A DNA stretch of 64,000 bases from Candidatus Uhrbacteria bacterium CG10_big_fil_rev_8_21_14_0_10_50_16 (GCA_002774875.1 PCYM01000010.1:8645-72644), one strand, 5' to 3'. Shown: positions 27,159 to 39,213, counted from the stretch's first letter. Notes: generated by a model from the sequence alone, not told the origin. A program made the numbers and translations.

Positions 27159-27773
27159 ATGAAGGTGTTTTTGTTGGCGTTCCTACTGCTGCCCTCGATG
27201 GCGACGGCCGCCGAGGATTCTTCCACCTCGTCGACGGTCGAGATCACCACCCCGGGAAACCCCCGGGGCGTTCTGGCGGACGCCTCCGGGCCCGCCAAGC
27301 CTAGCCTGCCCGGCTCCACCGAGCCGACCCCCACGGCTCATTCCGCCCCTCCGGTGGTGATCGAGTTTCGCCAGGTCGACGATGGGTCGACCATCCAGGT
27401 CGTCGACGACGCGAGCGGAATGCTTGCGGCGGCCTACGACCGGATCGAACTTTTGGAGGGCGCCCTTGAGGCGCGTGACCAGCAGGTCGAGAGCCTGCGC
27501 GAGGAGCTCACCGCCGCTCGACTCTCCGACAAGGAGACCGGGAACACGGCGGTTCTGGGTCGCGAGATGCTCCTGGACAAGATCCGGGAGCTCACGGCAG
27601 CCCTCGCCGAGGCCCTCAAGACTTCGGAGGCCAAGGTCGCCGCCGCCCCCTCCACCGGGCTGACCCCCACGGTCGCCCCGGAGCCGGCTCCCACCCCCAA
27701 CACGAGCGCAGCGGAGGACATCCTCCGCCGCCTTGAGGAAGGAGATAGGAAGCTCAAGGCCGCAGGCCACTGA
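27159..27773 (+). CDS. Secreted Ala/Pro-rich coiled-coil protein (signal peptide MKVFLLAFLLLPSMATA), encoded in a about 66% GC island
   Basis: Promoter TTGACA-17-TATATT at about 27058-27085. RBS GGAGGAGAGAG before ATG 27159. Strong GC jump relative to flanks. Confidence 0.5.
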   Translation: MKVFLLAFLLLPSMATAAEDSSTSSTVEITTPGNPRGVLADASGPAKPSLPGSTEPTPTAHSAPPVVIEFRQVDDGSTIQVVDDASGMLAAAYDRIELLEGALEARDQQVESLREELTAARLSDKETGNTAVLGREMLLDKIRELTAALAEALKTSEAKVAAAPSTGLTPTVAPEPAPTPNTSAAEDILRRLEEGDRKLKAAGH

Positions 27774-27929
27774 GCACGAGGGATGGGGAACTTATTCTCA
27801 CACGTCTAAGGACCACATCCCGCCTGTGTCATCTCTGTAAAACAACACAATCAACTCCTACGGGAGTTTTTTGTTTTAAAAAAAGAGACCGCTCACAGAG
27901 AGTGAACGGCGTATGGGAAGGGTGTGGAG

Positions 27930-28820
27930 TCAGCTGAGTTGTGGCACAAACCCCGTGGGAACGCCCAGGTAGGCGTGATGGACACTGCCATGCATCACCT
28001 GGATTTCCGGCGCTTGATTCCTTCCTAGAATCATGAGCGTGGCCGGTTGCGACTTCAGAAGAGAGTTGTCGTTCCCTCCACAGATCATTCCCAGATCACC
28101 AAGCCTTGGCAACTGCGTTGGATGCGCAAGGAGCATGGCACCCACGCAAATGATGTCCAGAGGAAACTCGTCGGGTGCGCAGACCATCTTTGCACGCTGC
28201 GCAGAAGCGCCGGCAAACCGCTTTCCAAATTGGGCGGGGATGACCCAAATGCCACCGGCCTGTTGCTCTGCGATGTGCGCGAGACACTCCGCCGTGCGGT
28301 AGCTAATGGCAACGTCCAGCAGGACCCGGTTCGTACGCTTGTACCCAAAGGCGCAGAGAGCGCCAACCACGCGTCGCATACCGCGTAGGTAGCGTTCGGG
28401 TGCGTTGCCACGCGGACCTCCTGTGAGTCCGGCCAGACTGGGCACTGCAAACCATCCTTCGGCGCCTTCCGGCAGGGGTGCGCGACAGGTGCGTTCTACG
28501 TTGCTCATGGCAGGCTCCGGGCTTATGCCCAGACGTTCTGACAGGAGTGTGATCTGCACTCGAATTGGCTGAGGACCCGTGTAGAGACGGGGGTACCCTG
28601 CTTGTGACTGCACTGTCTCAAACGCGTACTGACTATCCATTGGGCGACAGGTATTTGCCCACGACATACTGCCTCCTATTCTCCTACATGTGTAAGGGAA
28701 CAGCTTTAGCTTTTCACAATGGGGTACAGCCGTCAATGGTGTTTTGAAATACGAGTTTACGAGTATTCTCAAAACGACTGTGTTTAAAGATGAGTGTATT
28801 CGACGAAGGAGTCCAGGCAA
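27930..28820 (-). CDS. Hypothetical protein in the high-GC island (longest ORF; true extent uncertain)
   Basis: ORF track only. High GC creates many overlapping ORFs; no motif recognised. Confidence 0.3.
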   Translation of the reverse strand: MPGLLRRIHSSLNTVVLRILVNSYFKTPLTAVPHCEKLKLFPYTCRRIGGSMSWANTCRPMDSQYAFETVQSQAGYPRLYTGPQPIRVQITLLSERLGISPEPAMSNVERTCRAPLPEGAEGWFAVPSLAGLTGGPRGNAPERYLRGMRRVVGALCAFGYKRTNRVLLDVAISYRTAECLAHIAEQQAGGIWVIPAQFGKRFAGASAQRAKMVCAPDEFPLDIICVGAMLLAHPTQLPRLGDLGMICGGNDNSLLKSQPATLMILGRNQAPEIQVMHGSVHHAYLGVPTGFVPQLS

Positions 28821-28943
28821 TGTAGGAAGCGAGGGATTGTGTTTACAGAAAGGGACAATCGGATAGAGACGTACAAGGCTTACTCCTGGCTAGCTGTCTT
28901 CTGAGTGCGAATGCACGCAGAGTGGCGTGGCCTGCCGAGTCAC
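28819..28943. repeat. About 125-bp direct repeat, copy 2, right flank of the high-GC insert, upstream of the nusA promoter
   Basis: See copy 1. Confidence 0.75.
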
Positions 28944-29065
28944 TTATTTTTGCACCACTCCGAGCGACCTCTTGACAACACGAATGAATTCCCTTAGTAT
29001 AGCGATGTAGATGACTCGGCCGCGGCCGGGCTCATTTTTTAGACAATCTTAACCAAAACAATTTT

Positions 29066-30508
29066 ATGGCTTCACCTATTGAACAAGCCATTCGACAAAT
29101 CGTCGAAGAAAAAGGACTCTCCTATGAGAGTGTGATGGAAACAATCGAGGCAGCCCTTTCGGCGGCTTTCAGAAAAGACTTTGGTCACAAATTACAAAAC
29201 ATCGAAGCGCAATTTAACACGGAAGATGGAAGCGTGAAGGTTTGGGATGTCAAAACAGTTGTGGAAGATCAGGAGGTCCCAGAGCTCGTGGAGGAACCCG
29301 AGGTACCAGAGGGACGCCGCGAACCACGCGAGGTGGTAGAGGAAGTGGACGCAGATGCTGAGCCAAAGTTCAATCCAAAAACGGAGGTCATGATAACGGT
29401 TGCGCAGCAAAAAAATCCCGATGCACAAATTGGAGATGTGATTCGAGAACCGTTGGAGGTCCCTGGTGAATTTGGTCGCATGGCCGCCATGACCGCCAAG
29501 CAGGTGATTACGCAGAAGCTCCGAGAAGCCGAGCGCGAGGTACTCTACAACGAGTATAAAGATCAAGAAGGTGAGGTGTTGATTGGGACCGTACAGCGTC
29601 GTGAAGGACGTGTGATTTTGGTCGACATTGGTCGTGGGACCGCGGTGATGCGCCCAGACGATCAAATCCCCGGAGAGCGATACAACTCGGGTGAGCGCAT
29701 CAAAGTCTTCTTGCGATCCGTAGATCTTGGAGTGCGTGGACCAGAAATTTTGGTATCGCGTACGGCGCCAGAACTTGTGTTGGAATTATTTAAAGTGGAA
29801 ATCCCCGAGATTGCCGATGGAACCGTGAAGATTGAATCTATTGCTCGTGAGGCCGGGTCTCGTTCCAAGGTAGCTGTGTCATGTGAGGATGAAGGTGTGG
29901 ATCCAATTGGTGCCTGCATTGGACAACGTGGCGCACGTATCCAGACCATTATCGCGGAACTTGGAAACGAGAAAGTAGACATTATTGAATTTGATACCGA
30001 TCCCGGTGTGTTTGTCATGAATGCGCTCGCACCCGCAAAAGTTTCTGGTGTGACCTTGGATGAGTCCGAGAAAATGGCAACGGTGACGGTTGCAGCGGAT
30101 CAATTGTCCTTGGCGATTGGTCGTGGAGGTCAAAACGTTCGCCTTGCTGCACGACTAACGGATTGGCGCATTAACGTTGCCGAGGAAGGTGGAGAGGTAA
30201 AGGGATCGAGTGAGGGAGCGGTGCGTACGCCGATCGCGGTTGTCAAACCTGCCGTTGTGGAAGCCGACGCGGAGGGAGCCTCCGAGGAAGTTGTGGATGC
30301 AGAAGCTGTTGAGGAAATAGAACAAGCAACCCTAACGGAAAGCCTGGATGAGCTTGCAGAAGCTGCGGATGATAACGACGATACAGCGGACCTAGAGGAT
30401 GAATCAGACGACGAGGCCGAGGAGGCACAGGCGGGACTTGAGGCGGACGAGCTTCCAACGGTAGAGATGGAAGAGTCAGACGAAGCGCACGAGGAGATTA
30501 CCGAGTAG
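29066..30508 (+). CDS. nusA: Transcription termination/antitermination factor NusA with long acidic C-terminal tail
   Basis: S1 and KH domain region (GACIGQRGARIQTIIAELGNEKVDII) and typical N-terminus. The last about 100 aa are E/D/A-rich. Confidence 0.9.
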   Translation: MASPIEQAIRQIVEEKGLSYESVMETIEAALSAAFRKDFGHKLQNIEAQFNTEDGSVKVWDVKTVVEDQEVPELVEEPEVPEGRREPREVVEEVDADAEPKFNPKTEVMITVAQQKNPDAQIGDVIREPLEVPGEFGRMAAMTAKQVITQKLREAEREVLYNEYKDQEGEVLIGTVQRREGRVILVDIGRGTAVMRPDDQIPGERYNSGERIKVFLRSVDLGVRGPEILVSRTAPELVLELFKVEIPEIADGTVKIESIAREAGSRSKVAVSCEDEGVDPIGACIGQRGARIQTIIAELGNEKVDIIEFDTDPGVFVMNALAPAKVSGVTLDESEKMATVTVAADQLSLAIGRGGQNVRLAARLTDWRINVAEEGGEVKGSSEGAVRTPIAVVKPAVVEADAEGASEEVVDAEAVEEIEQATLTESLDELAEAADDNDDTADLEDESDDEAEEAQAGLEADELPTVEMEESDEAHEEITE

Positions 30509-30509
30509 T

Positions 30510-31253
30510 ATGGGAAATCTTTTCTTTCTCATTCTTACACAACCGATATATAACGCACTCGTCTTTTTGTACGAGATGATTCCGGGGCAGGATCTTGGTG
30601 TCGCTATTGTTGTTCTTACTGTGTTGATTAAGTTGATTTTGTGGCCGTTTACAGGCAAATCACTTTCGTCGCAAAAGGCGATGCAGGAGTTACAGCCCAA
30701 AGTGGAAGAGGTAAAAGAGCAGTACAAGGACGACAAAGAGGGCCAGGCAAAGGCACTTATGGAGCTCTATAAAGAGGAAAAGGTGAACCCGTTTTCTTCT
30801 TGCTTGCCCATGGTGATTCAGCTGCCGGTGTTGCTAGCACTCTACAGTGTGTTGCGACAGTCTATTACAAATCCAGAATTTATTTCTAATTTGTATGCGT
30901 TTGTTCCTGCACCTGAGGTGATTAACAGTACGTTGTTTGGTTTTATGGATCTGCATGCACGTAGCATCCCACTCGCGATTTTGGCGGGTGCGGTGCAGTA
31001 TGTGCAAGCACGTCAGTTGCAGGTTAATCGACCACCAAAAGAGCTGGCAAAGAAGCCAGGCGCAAAGGATGAGTCTATGACGGCTGCCATGAGCAAATCA
31101 ATGCTCTACACCATGCCACTGGTGACGATTGTCTTTGGTGCATCATTGCCGGGTGGTGTGACGCTGTACTGGTTAACATCAAGTGTTGTAAGTGTGATTC
31201 AACAGTTCTACGTGTTTCGTGGAATGGAAAAATCAAAGGCCAAAAACAACTAG
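30510..31253 (+). CDS. yidC: Membrane protein insertase YidC/Oxa1 (short form)
   Basis: 247 aa. LILWPFTGKSLSSQKAMQELQPKVEEVKEQYKDDKE...NPFSSCLPMVIQLPVLLALYSVL matches the YidC core. Confidence 0.85.
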   Translation: MGNLFFLILTQPIYNALVFLYEMIPGQDLGVAIVVLTVLIKLILWPFTGKSLSSQKAMQELQPKVEEVKEQYKDDKEGQAKALMELYKEEKVNPFSSCLPMVIQLPVLLALYSVLRQSITNPEFISNLYAFVPAPEVINSTLFGFMDLHARSIPLAILAGAVQYVQARQLQVNRPPKELAKKPGAKDESMTAAMSKSMLYTMPLVTIVFGASLPGGVTLYWLTSSVVSVIQQFYVFRGMEKSKAKNN

Positions 31254-31254
31254 T

Positions 31255-32211
31255 ATGTCTTTGACTGTGGGACAACCACAGGAGGCAATCTTGCGCGACA
31301 TATTGCGCACGGTTGCCTTTTTTACATTGCGTGGACAGGCCGTGACACCCACGGATTGTTGGCGCTGGTTGTATTGTCCAACGCTGTCATGGACGCTTGG
31401 AGAGGTGATTGTGGCTGTGCGGTATGCGTGCGAACGGTCACTGCTTTCTCTAGAGAATGGTCGTGTTGTTTTGGTGGGCGAGGAAGCCGTATTTGCAACA
31501 CAGCAAACGCAATTTTCTGATGCAAACATCAAGTGGCGGATTGCACGTCGTGTGGCGTGGTGGGCGGCACTCATTCCAGGTGTGCGTTTAGTGGCGGTTG
31601 GCAATACCCTTGCGTGGGAGGCGACGCGTTCAGAAAGTGATATTGATTTGTTTGTGATTACGCGCTCAGGGTGCGTTTGGTTTGTACGTTTTTTGTGCGT
31701 GGTTCCTCTGATGATACGACGAGCACGACCCGGTGTGCGTAGACAGCATCCAATTGATTTTACGTTTTTTGTGGACCAAACACGGTTGGATCTTTCACGA
31801 CTGCGCATTCATCCAGACGATCCTTATTTGGCGTATTGGTTGACGTCACTCGTTCCGCTTGTGGACGACGGGGTGTTTGCGGAGTTTTGGGAGGCAAACG
31901 CTTGGGCACGTGAGACGCTTCCAAACGCGACGCCGGTGCGTGTTGCCTGGTATCGTCGAGTTAAGAATGGTCAAGCAATGGGTCAGTGGGTGTATTGGAT
32001 CGTTCAGATAACGGGTCTGATGTCCATCATGAACGGACTGGCAAAACGTCTGTCAGAACGCAGATTCCCCGAAGCGATCCGCACCAAAATGAATCACTCA
32101 ACAGACGTTGTGGTAAACGACACAATGCTCAAGTTTCATGTCGCGGATCAACGTCGACAAATTGTAAACGCGTGGAATCAACGATGCCAATCCTATGAAC
32201 TATTACCGTAA
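31255..32211 (+). CDS. Pol-beta-superfamily nucleotidyltransferase-like protein (hypothetical)
   Basis: VGNTLAWEATRSESDIDLFVI fits the hG[GS]x(9-13)DhDh NTase motif. ATG 31255 directly follows the yidC stop. Confidence 0.45.
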   Translation: MSLTVGQPQEAILRDILRTVAFFTLRGQAVTPTDCWRWLYCPTLSWTLGEVIVAVRYACERSLLSLENGRVVLVGEEAVFATQQTQFSDANIKWRIARRVAWWAALIPGVRLVAVGNTLAWEATRSESDIDLFVITRSGCVWFVRFLCVVPLMIRRARPGVRRQHPIDFTFFVDQTRLDLSRLRIHPDDPYLAYWLTSLVPLVDDGVFAEFWEANAWARETLPNATPVRVAWYRRVKNGQAMGQWVYWIVQITGLMSIMNGLAKRLSERRFPEAIRTKMNHSTDVVVNDTMLKFHVADQRRQIVNAWNQRCQSYELLP

Positions 32212-33511
32212 CGTTCTCTTGTTTTTATTCCTTCTTGTACTGCCGTGGCAAACGCGATGGATTGTGCAGGATGTGTTGATGCAAAGTGAGGTGACGCAGT
32301 ATGGTCGGCTCAGTGTGTACGTGTTTGATGTGCTGCTTGTGGGATATCTTGCCGTCGTTCTTCCTGTGGTTGTACAGCAGACCCGCCGGTGGATGGATCT
32401 TTCGTTTGTGCGACGTGCTGCGTTGGGATGTTTTGGGGCGTTGGTTGTATGGAGTGTTGGTTCTATTTTTTGGAGTTTGGAGCCGCGTGTTGCAATCGTG
32501 GCCGCAGGACACTTGTTGCTTGCGGTGGGATTGTTTACGGCGATTGTGCTGGATCGGGATGCTTCTCCGGATGTTATTTTGGCGGGGATTGCGTTGGGTA
32601 TGATGGTGCCGTCACTATTTGGATGGATACAATCTGCCACACAGTCGATAGGTGCCTCAACACTTCTTGGAATCGCGGCGCAGGATCCTGCTGTTTTGGG
32701 CACGGCGGTTATTGAACAGACGCAGGGGCGGTGGTTGCGAGCCTATGGAAGTTTCCCGCACCCGAATATATTTGGAGGATTTTTGGCCGTGGGACTTGTG
32801 GCGGTTTTGGGGGTGATTGGCCGCGCACGGATGCAGATGTCGGAAACGTTGCTTTGGTGCGCCACAGTGGTGATAGCGGGAGCATTGATACTTACGGCCT
32901 CGCGTGGTGCCTGGTTGGCGGCGTTGCTGGGAGTAGTTGTATTGCTCATTGGATCGCGCATAAATAACGATCGGTTATTTTTACAACGTCTCAAAAAACC
33001 GGTCACGATCGCTCTTGTCGTGATGACGATTATGGTTGTATCGCTTGGGTCAATTCTTCTAACGCGGTTTGATGTGACGAATCGATTAGAAACACAGTCC
33101 GTGATAGAACGCGTGGATCAATGGGGAGATGTAGGAACGCTTGCGACACAAAATATCTCGTCATTTGTAGGGGGAGCCGGCATTGGGAATATGGTTTTCG
33201 CATTGGAAGAACGACAACCGCTACTTCATGCATGGACGTATCAACCTGCGCACAATGTGTTTGGGCTTGTGTTGGTTGAGCTTGGAGCTCTCGGCCTCTT
33301 GTTGTTGATCGGATTGATTGCAATGACAAACTGGTATCTGCCAAGATATTGGCGCCACACGAGTGTTCTCTTGGCCTGCTCGCTTGGAATCACCGTACTT
33401 GCACTGGCGTGCGTCGATCATTATCTTTGGACACAGCCGTCTGGTTTGTATTTACTCGCGATCTGTTTGGCCGTTATTCTGCGTTTGGGCGAGGAGGCAC
33501 GCTCACATTGA
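32195..33511 (+). CDS. O-antigen ligase / Wzy-like polytopic membrane protein
   Basis: 438 aa with about 10-12 TM helices and one large loop. Architecture of the Wzy_C/O-antigen ligase family. Confidence 0.55.
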   Translation: MNYYRNVLLFLFLLVLPWQTRWIVQDVLMQSEVTQYGRLSVYVFDVLLVGYLAVVLPVVVQQTRRWMDLSFVRRAALGCFGALVVWSVGSIFWSLEPRVAIVAAGHLLLAVGLFTAIVLDRDASPDVILAGIALGMMVPSLFGWIQSATQSIGASTLLGIAAQDPAVLGTAVIEQTQGRWLRAYGSFPHPNIFGGFLAVGLVAVLGVIGRARMQMSETLLWCATVVIAGALILTASRGAWLAALLGVVVLLIGSRINNDRLFLQRLKKPVTIALVVMTIMVVSLGSILLTRFDVTNRLETQSVIERVDQWGDVGTLATQNISSFVGGAGIGNMVFALEERQPLLHAWTYQPAHNVFGLVLVELGALGLLLLIGLIAMTNWYLPRYWRHTSVLLACSLGITVLALACVDHYLWTQPSGLYLLAICLAVILRLGEEARSH

Positions 33512-33561
33512 CGATCACGTAAGGGAACAGTAAGATAGCCACGAATTTATTCATAAAAGAA

Positions 33562-35470
<1,909 letters not shown>

Positions 35471-35474
35471 GACA

Positions 35475-35502
35475 ACGAGCCCACCATGGGCTCGTTTTTT
35501 TT
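35475..35502 (+). terminator. Rho-independent terminator after groEL (GAGCCCA-cca-TGGGCTC plus T8)
   Basis: Perfect 7-bp stem followed by a T-run. Confidence 0.6.
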
Positions 35503-35541
35503 GTGGCGAAGACCTTGATTGCTTCGCCGAACTCGCTCATC

Positions 35542-35566
35542 TTCAAACACATGCGTTTTGAGAAGA
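35542..35566. promoter_or_regulatory. Motif A, copy 2 (CTTCAAACACATGCGTTTTGAGAA)
   Basis: Matches 24198-24222. Confidence 0.35.
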
Positions 35567-35583
35567 CTCCGTATCAACTCCAT

Positions 35584-35680
35584 CTTTCAAAACACACGTG
35601 TTCTTGGGGGTGAAGTCTAAATCAGATCAGGCCGAGAGCCATGACGGCCGAGATGATCAACAACATCATATAAGGAGTTA
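35584..35680 (+). repeat. Repeated intergenic element B, copy 2 (upstream of prfB)
   Basis: See 906-1000. Confidence 0.45.
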
Positions 35681-35736
35681 CGTTCAAATCGCTACGATCG
35701 TAACAAATCGCTTTTATCTGCTATACTCTATTGACT

Positions 35737-36820
35737 ATGACCATTGCCGAGCTTAAATCATGTAGCGCCCAACTTGCCAAATCTATAGCGCAAGCATGGG
35801 ACTCTCTTTGACCTGGATTCGCAGATACAGGAGCGAGATGCCTTGGAGGTCCAAATGTCCGAGCCTGGATTTTGGACAAATCCAGAACAGGCGCAAACGG
35901 TGGCGCGAGCATTTGGCGATAAAAAAAATGAGATTGAAACCTGGACCACGTTAAAAGACGATGTGGAATTTGTGCAGCTTATGCTCGAGGAGGGGAGCGA
36001 CGCGGGCGCAATCGAACAGAAATTACAAGAGATTCAAGCGCACTACGACGCGATTGAGCTGCAGCTCCTTTTTACAGGGGCCTACGATGCAGCGAACGCG
36101 ATCGTTTCGATTCACGCAGGTGCGGGAGGGGTTGATGCACAGGATTGGTCCGAGATGTTGTTACGCATGTATCTGCGGTTCTGTGAGCAACAGGGTTGGA
36201 AGACCACATTGATTGATGAGAGCCGTGGGAGTGAGGCAGGAATTAAATCAGCCACATTCCGTGTAGGGGGGACGCGCGTGTATGGACATCTCAAAACAGA
36301 GGCCGGTGTGCATCGCTTGGTGCGACAATCACCGTTTAATGCGGACGGGCTGCGGCAAACGAGTTTTGCGCTCGTGGACGTGTTACCGGAGATTGAACGC
36401 GACGAAGAAGTAGATCTAGACATGAAAGACGTACGTATTGATACGTTTCTCTCGAGCGGCAAGGGCGGGCAAAGCGTTAACACCACCTATTCTGCGGTAC
36501 GACTGGTACATGAACCGACGGGAATTACGGTGAGTTGCCAAAATGAGCGCTCACAAACGCAAAATAAGGAGACGGCGCTTAAAATCTTGCGTGGAAAGCT
36601 GTTACAACGTAAACTCGAGGCGCACGCACAGGAAATGGAATCCATTCGCGGTGAAGTGAGCTCGGCCGAATGGGGCAGTCAGATTCGTTCCTATGTGCTC
36701 CATCCATATCAACTCGTTAAGGATCATCGCACGCAGTTTGAAACATCAGATACGGAGGCGGTGTTAAATGGAGAGGTGTTACCTTTTATCAATGCACGAC
36801 TACGACAGTCACATAACTAA
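35737..36820 (+). CDS. prfB: Peptide chain release factor 2 with programmed +1 frameshift (frame-0 ORF 35737-35808 ends at CTT TGA C; continues in the +1 frame from 35810)
   Basis: Canonical RF2 shift site CTT-TGA-C at 35806-35812. The upstream frame encodes MTIAELKSCSAQLAKSIAQAWDSL and the downstream frame DLDSQIQERDALEVQMSEPGFW...SGKGGQSVNT (GGQ). Combined length about 360 aa is a normal RF2 size. TGCTATACT -10 box 9 nt before ATG 35737. Confidence 0.85.
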
Positions 36821-36823
36821 CGT

Positions 36824-37744
36824 ATGGCAGCAGAAAAAGAACGTATTATTGTTACCGGTGGGTGTGGATTTATTGGTTCGCACTTGGTAAGTCGACTCCT
36901 ACAGGACGGTCACGAAGTTCTTGTGATCGATAATATGAGTACAGGAAAGGTGGAATATATTCAGGGGACCTGTGCCATTCAGAAGCTGGATGTGTGGGCC
37001 GATGGAAAAAAGATGACAAAAGCGTTTCAAAAATTCCGGCCAGATGTTGTGTTCCATCTTGCCGCGCAAAAAGTGGTCCAATCGAGCATGGAGAATCCTA
37101 TTTTAGATGCACAGGAGAACATTCTGGGTTCAATTAACGTGTTAGAGGCAATGCGTGCTGTGGGTGGTGGCCGTGTGGTTTTTGCGTCAACCGCCGCCGT
37201 GTATGATCCTGCTGCGCGCGTGCCGATTCAAGAAACCTCGCTCGTGCGACCGATCTCTCCCTATGGCGTGAGCAAACGATCTGCGGAGATGTACATGTGG
37301 GACTACTCAGAACACTATCCAATTGCCGCTATCTCACTTCGTTTTTCTAATGCGTATGGCCCTCGCGGAGTAAATGCGGTCAATACGTTTATTGAGTTGA
37401 TGTTAAAAGGAGAGGCTCCAACAATCTTTGGAACAGGAGAAAAGACACGAGATTTTATTTACGTCGACGATATTGTGGAAGCGTACTTGCGTGCCATGAA
37501 GACATCGTGGTGTGGAGAGTTAAATATTGCAACCGATACGGAGACATCGATCAAAGAACTGACGTCCCTTGTTGCAACAGCGGTTGGGAAGGAGATTAAT
37601 CCAATTTTTGCGGATGATCGAGAAGGAGAGATTTTCCGCAGCCGGTTAGATGCGACGCAGGCAAAGGAAGTATTAGGCTGGAGTGCAAAAGTGCGTGTCG
37701 CAGAAGGAATTGCAAAAACGGTTGAATGGTACAAGCAATCCTAA
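36824..37744 (+). CDS. NAD-dependent epimerase/dehydratase (UDP-glucose 4-epimerase-like SDR)
   Basis: IIVTGGCGFIGSHLV Rossmann motif and the YxxxK catalytic pattern. 306 aa. Confidence 0.8.
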   Translation: MAAEKERIIVTGGCGFIGSHLVSRLLQDGHEVLVIDNMSTGKVEYIQGTCAIQKLDVWADGKKMTKAFQKFRPDVVFHLAAQKVVQSSMENPILDAQENILGSINVLEAMRAVGGGRVVFASTAAVYDPAARVPIQETSLVRPISPYGVSKRSAEMYMWDYSEHYPIAAISLRFSNAYGPRGVNAVNTFIELMLKGEAPTIFGTGEKTRDFIYVDDIVEAYLRAMKTSWCGELNIATDTETSIKELTSLVATAVGKEINPIFADDREGEIFRSRLDATQAKEVLGWSAKVRVAEGIAKTVEWYKQS

Positions 37745-38337
37745 TGGCTATGTCTGTTACAAAGGCGCAACTCGAGGAGGCAATTAGGCAACTCAAGCAA
37801 GGTGGCGTCGTTATTTTTCCGACAGAAACGTCTTATGGGATTGCCTGTGATGCAACAAATCACCAGGCGGTGGAGCGTGTGATGCGCATTAAACAGCGAT
37901 CCGATACAATGCCGATGGCGTTGATTATTGCCGATATGTCCATGGCGCAGTGGTGCGGTCAACTAGATCCTGCATTAGAGGAACTGGCAAAACGTCATTG
38001 GCCAGGTCCGTTGACAGTTGTTGTTCCAAACGCAAATAGGGACCTCTCACCGCTGTGTTTACGTGACGGAACCGTAGGTTTGCGTATCTCGAGTCATCCG
38101 ATCGCACATGCTCTTACAGAAGGCCTCGGAAAACCTATTGTTGCCACATCGGCCAATCGGTCTGGCTGCCCGTCTGCATACTCGGTTGCAGAAATACAGG
38201 AACAGTTTGCCAATCAACAAGATCAACCAGATCTTTACCTAGACGGAGGAACGCTAGAACCGTCACCGCCGTCTATGATTATCGAGTTAGTGAACGGGGA
38301 GATTGTGGTACATCGCCAAGGATCCTTTAAGCTCTAG
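37744..38337 (+). CDS. tsaC: L-threonylcarbamoyladenylate synthase (YrdC/TsaC/Sua5 family)
   Basis: GGVVIFPTETSYGIACDA signature. ATG overlaps the upstream stop (TAATG). Confidence 0.8.
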   Translation: MAMSVTKAQLEEAIRQLKQGGVVIFPTETSYGIACDATNHQAVERVMRIKQRSDTMPMALIIADMSMAQWCGQLDPALEELAKRHWPGPLTVVVPNANRDLSPLCLRDGTVGLRISSHPIAHALTEGLGKPIVATSANRSGCPSAYSVAEIQEQFANQQDQPDLYLDGGTLEPSPPSMIIELVNGEIVVHRQGSFKL

Positions 38338-38338
38338 T

Positions 38339-39136
38339 ATGGAGGCAAAGAAATTTTTTGGACAACATTTTTTGCGTGATGACGCCGTGATCGCGGCGAT
38401 TGTTGAGGCCGCAGACGTTGCAGGCCTGCCTGTGTTGGAGGTGGGACCAGGCGAGGGTGTATTGACGGAGGTCCTTGTACAACAAGCTGCCCGTGTGGTG
38501 GCGGTGGATGTGGATACGGAGGCCATTGAGGCAACACGGGCGCGCATTGCAAGCACTAACCTTGAGCTGATTGAGCGCGATGTATTGGATGCACGTTTGG
38601 AAGATGTTCGAACCTTGTTCACAGAAGCGTTTGTTCTTGTTGGAAATCTTCCTTATAACATTACTTCTGATTTGTTACGTTGGATGCTGTCAGTGGGTCA
38701 TAAACCATTACGTGCCGTGATCATGGTACAAAAGGAGGTTGCCGACAGGCTGACGGCAGAGGCGGGCGATATGAGTCTCTTGGGACTTATGGTGCAGCTT
38801 TATGCGTCTGTTCAGCCGGTTGTGCAGGTTCCACGGACGGCGTTTGCGCCACCGCCAAAGGTGGATTCAGCCGTTGTACGATTAGACGTGTATACGCAAG
38901 AGGATCTAGACGCACATGGCGTGCGTAATCCAGAAAAATTGCTCAGTTTTGCCGGTGTCGCCTTCGCGCAAAAGCGGAAACAGCTCAAATCAACGCTTGG
39001 AACGCTGCCATCTATAACAATCAGCGCGCTCGAGGAGGCACTTCGTACACTCAGCCATCCGGCTACCGCGCGTCCACAAGAACTCTCGACCGACGAATGG
39101 ATCCGGCTCTACAATCTTTTGCATGAATATTGCTAA
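38339..39136 (+). CDS. rsmA: 16S rRNA (adenine1518/1519-N6)-dimethyltransferase RsmA/KsgA
   Basis: FGQHFLRD N-terminus and VLEVGPGEGVLT SAM motif. ATG 38339 follows the tsaC stop. Confidence 0.85.
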   Translation: MEAKKFFGQHFLRDDAVIAAIVEAADVAGLPVLEVGPGEGVLTEVLVQQAARVVAVDVDTEAIEATRARIASTNLELIERDVLDARLEDVRTLFTEAFVLVGNLPYNITSDLLRWMLSVGHKPLRAVIMVQKEVADRLTAEAGDMSLLGLMVQLYASVQPVVQVPRTAFAPPPKVDSAVVRLDVYTQEDLDAHGVRNPEKLLSFAGVAFAQKRKQLKSTLGTLPSITISALEEALRTLSHPATARPQELSTDEWIRLYNLLHEYC

Positions 39137-39213
39137 CGCTCCTCAATGCGAGGGGCGTATTATTTTCCACAGGGCAATGTGCGGTGTGCGTGCTATACTT
39201 ATGTGTGAAATCT

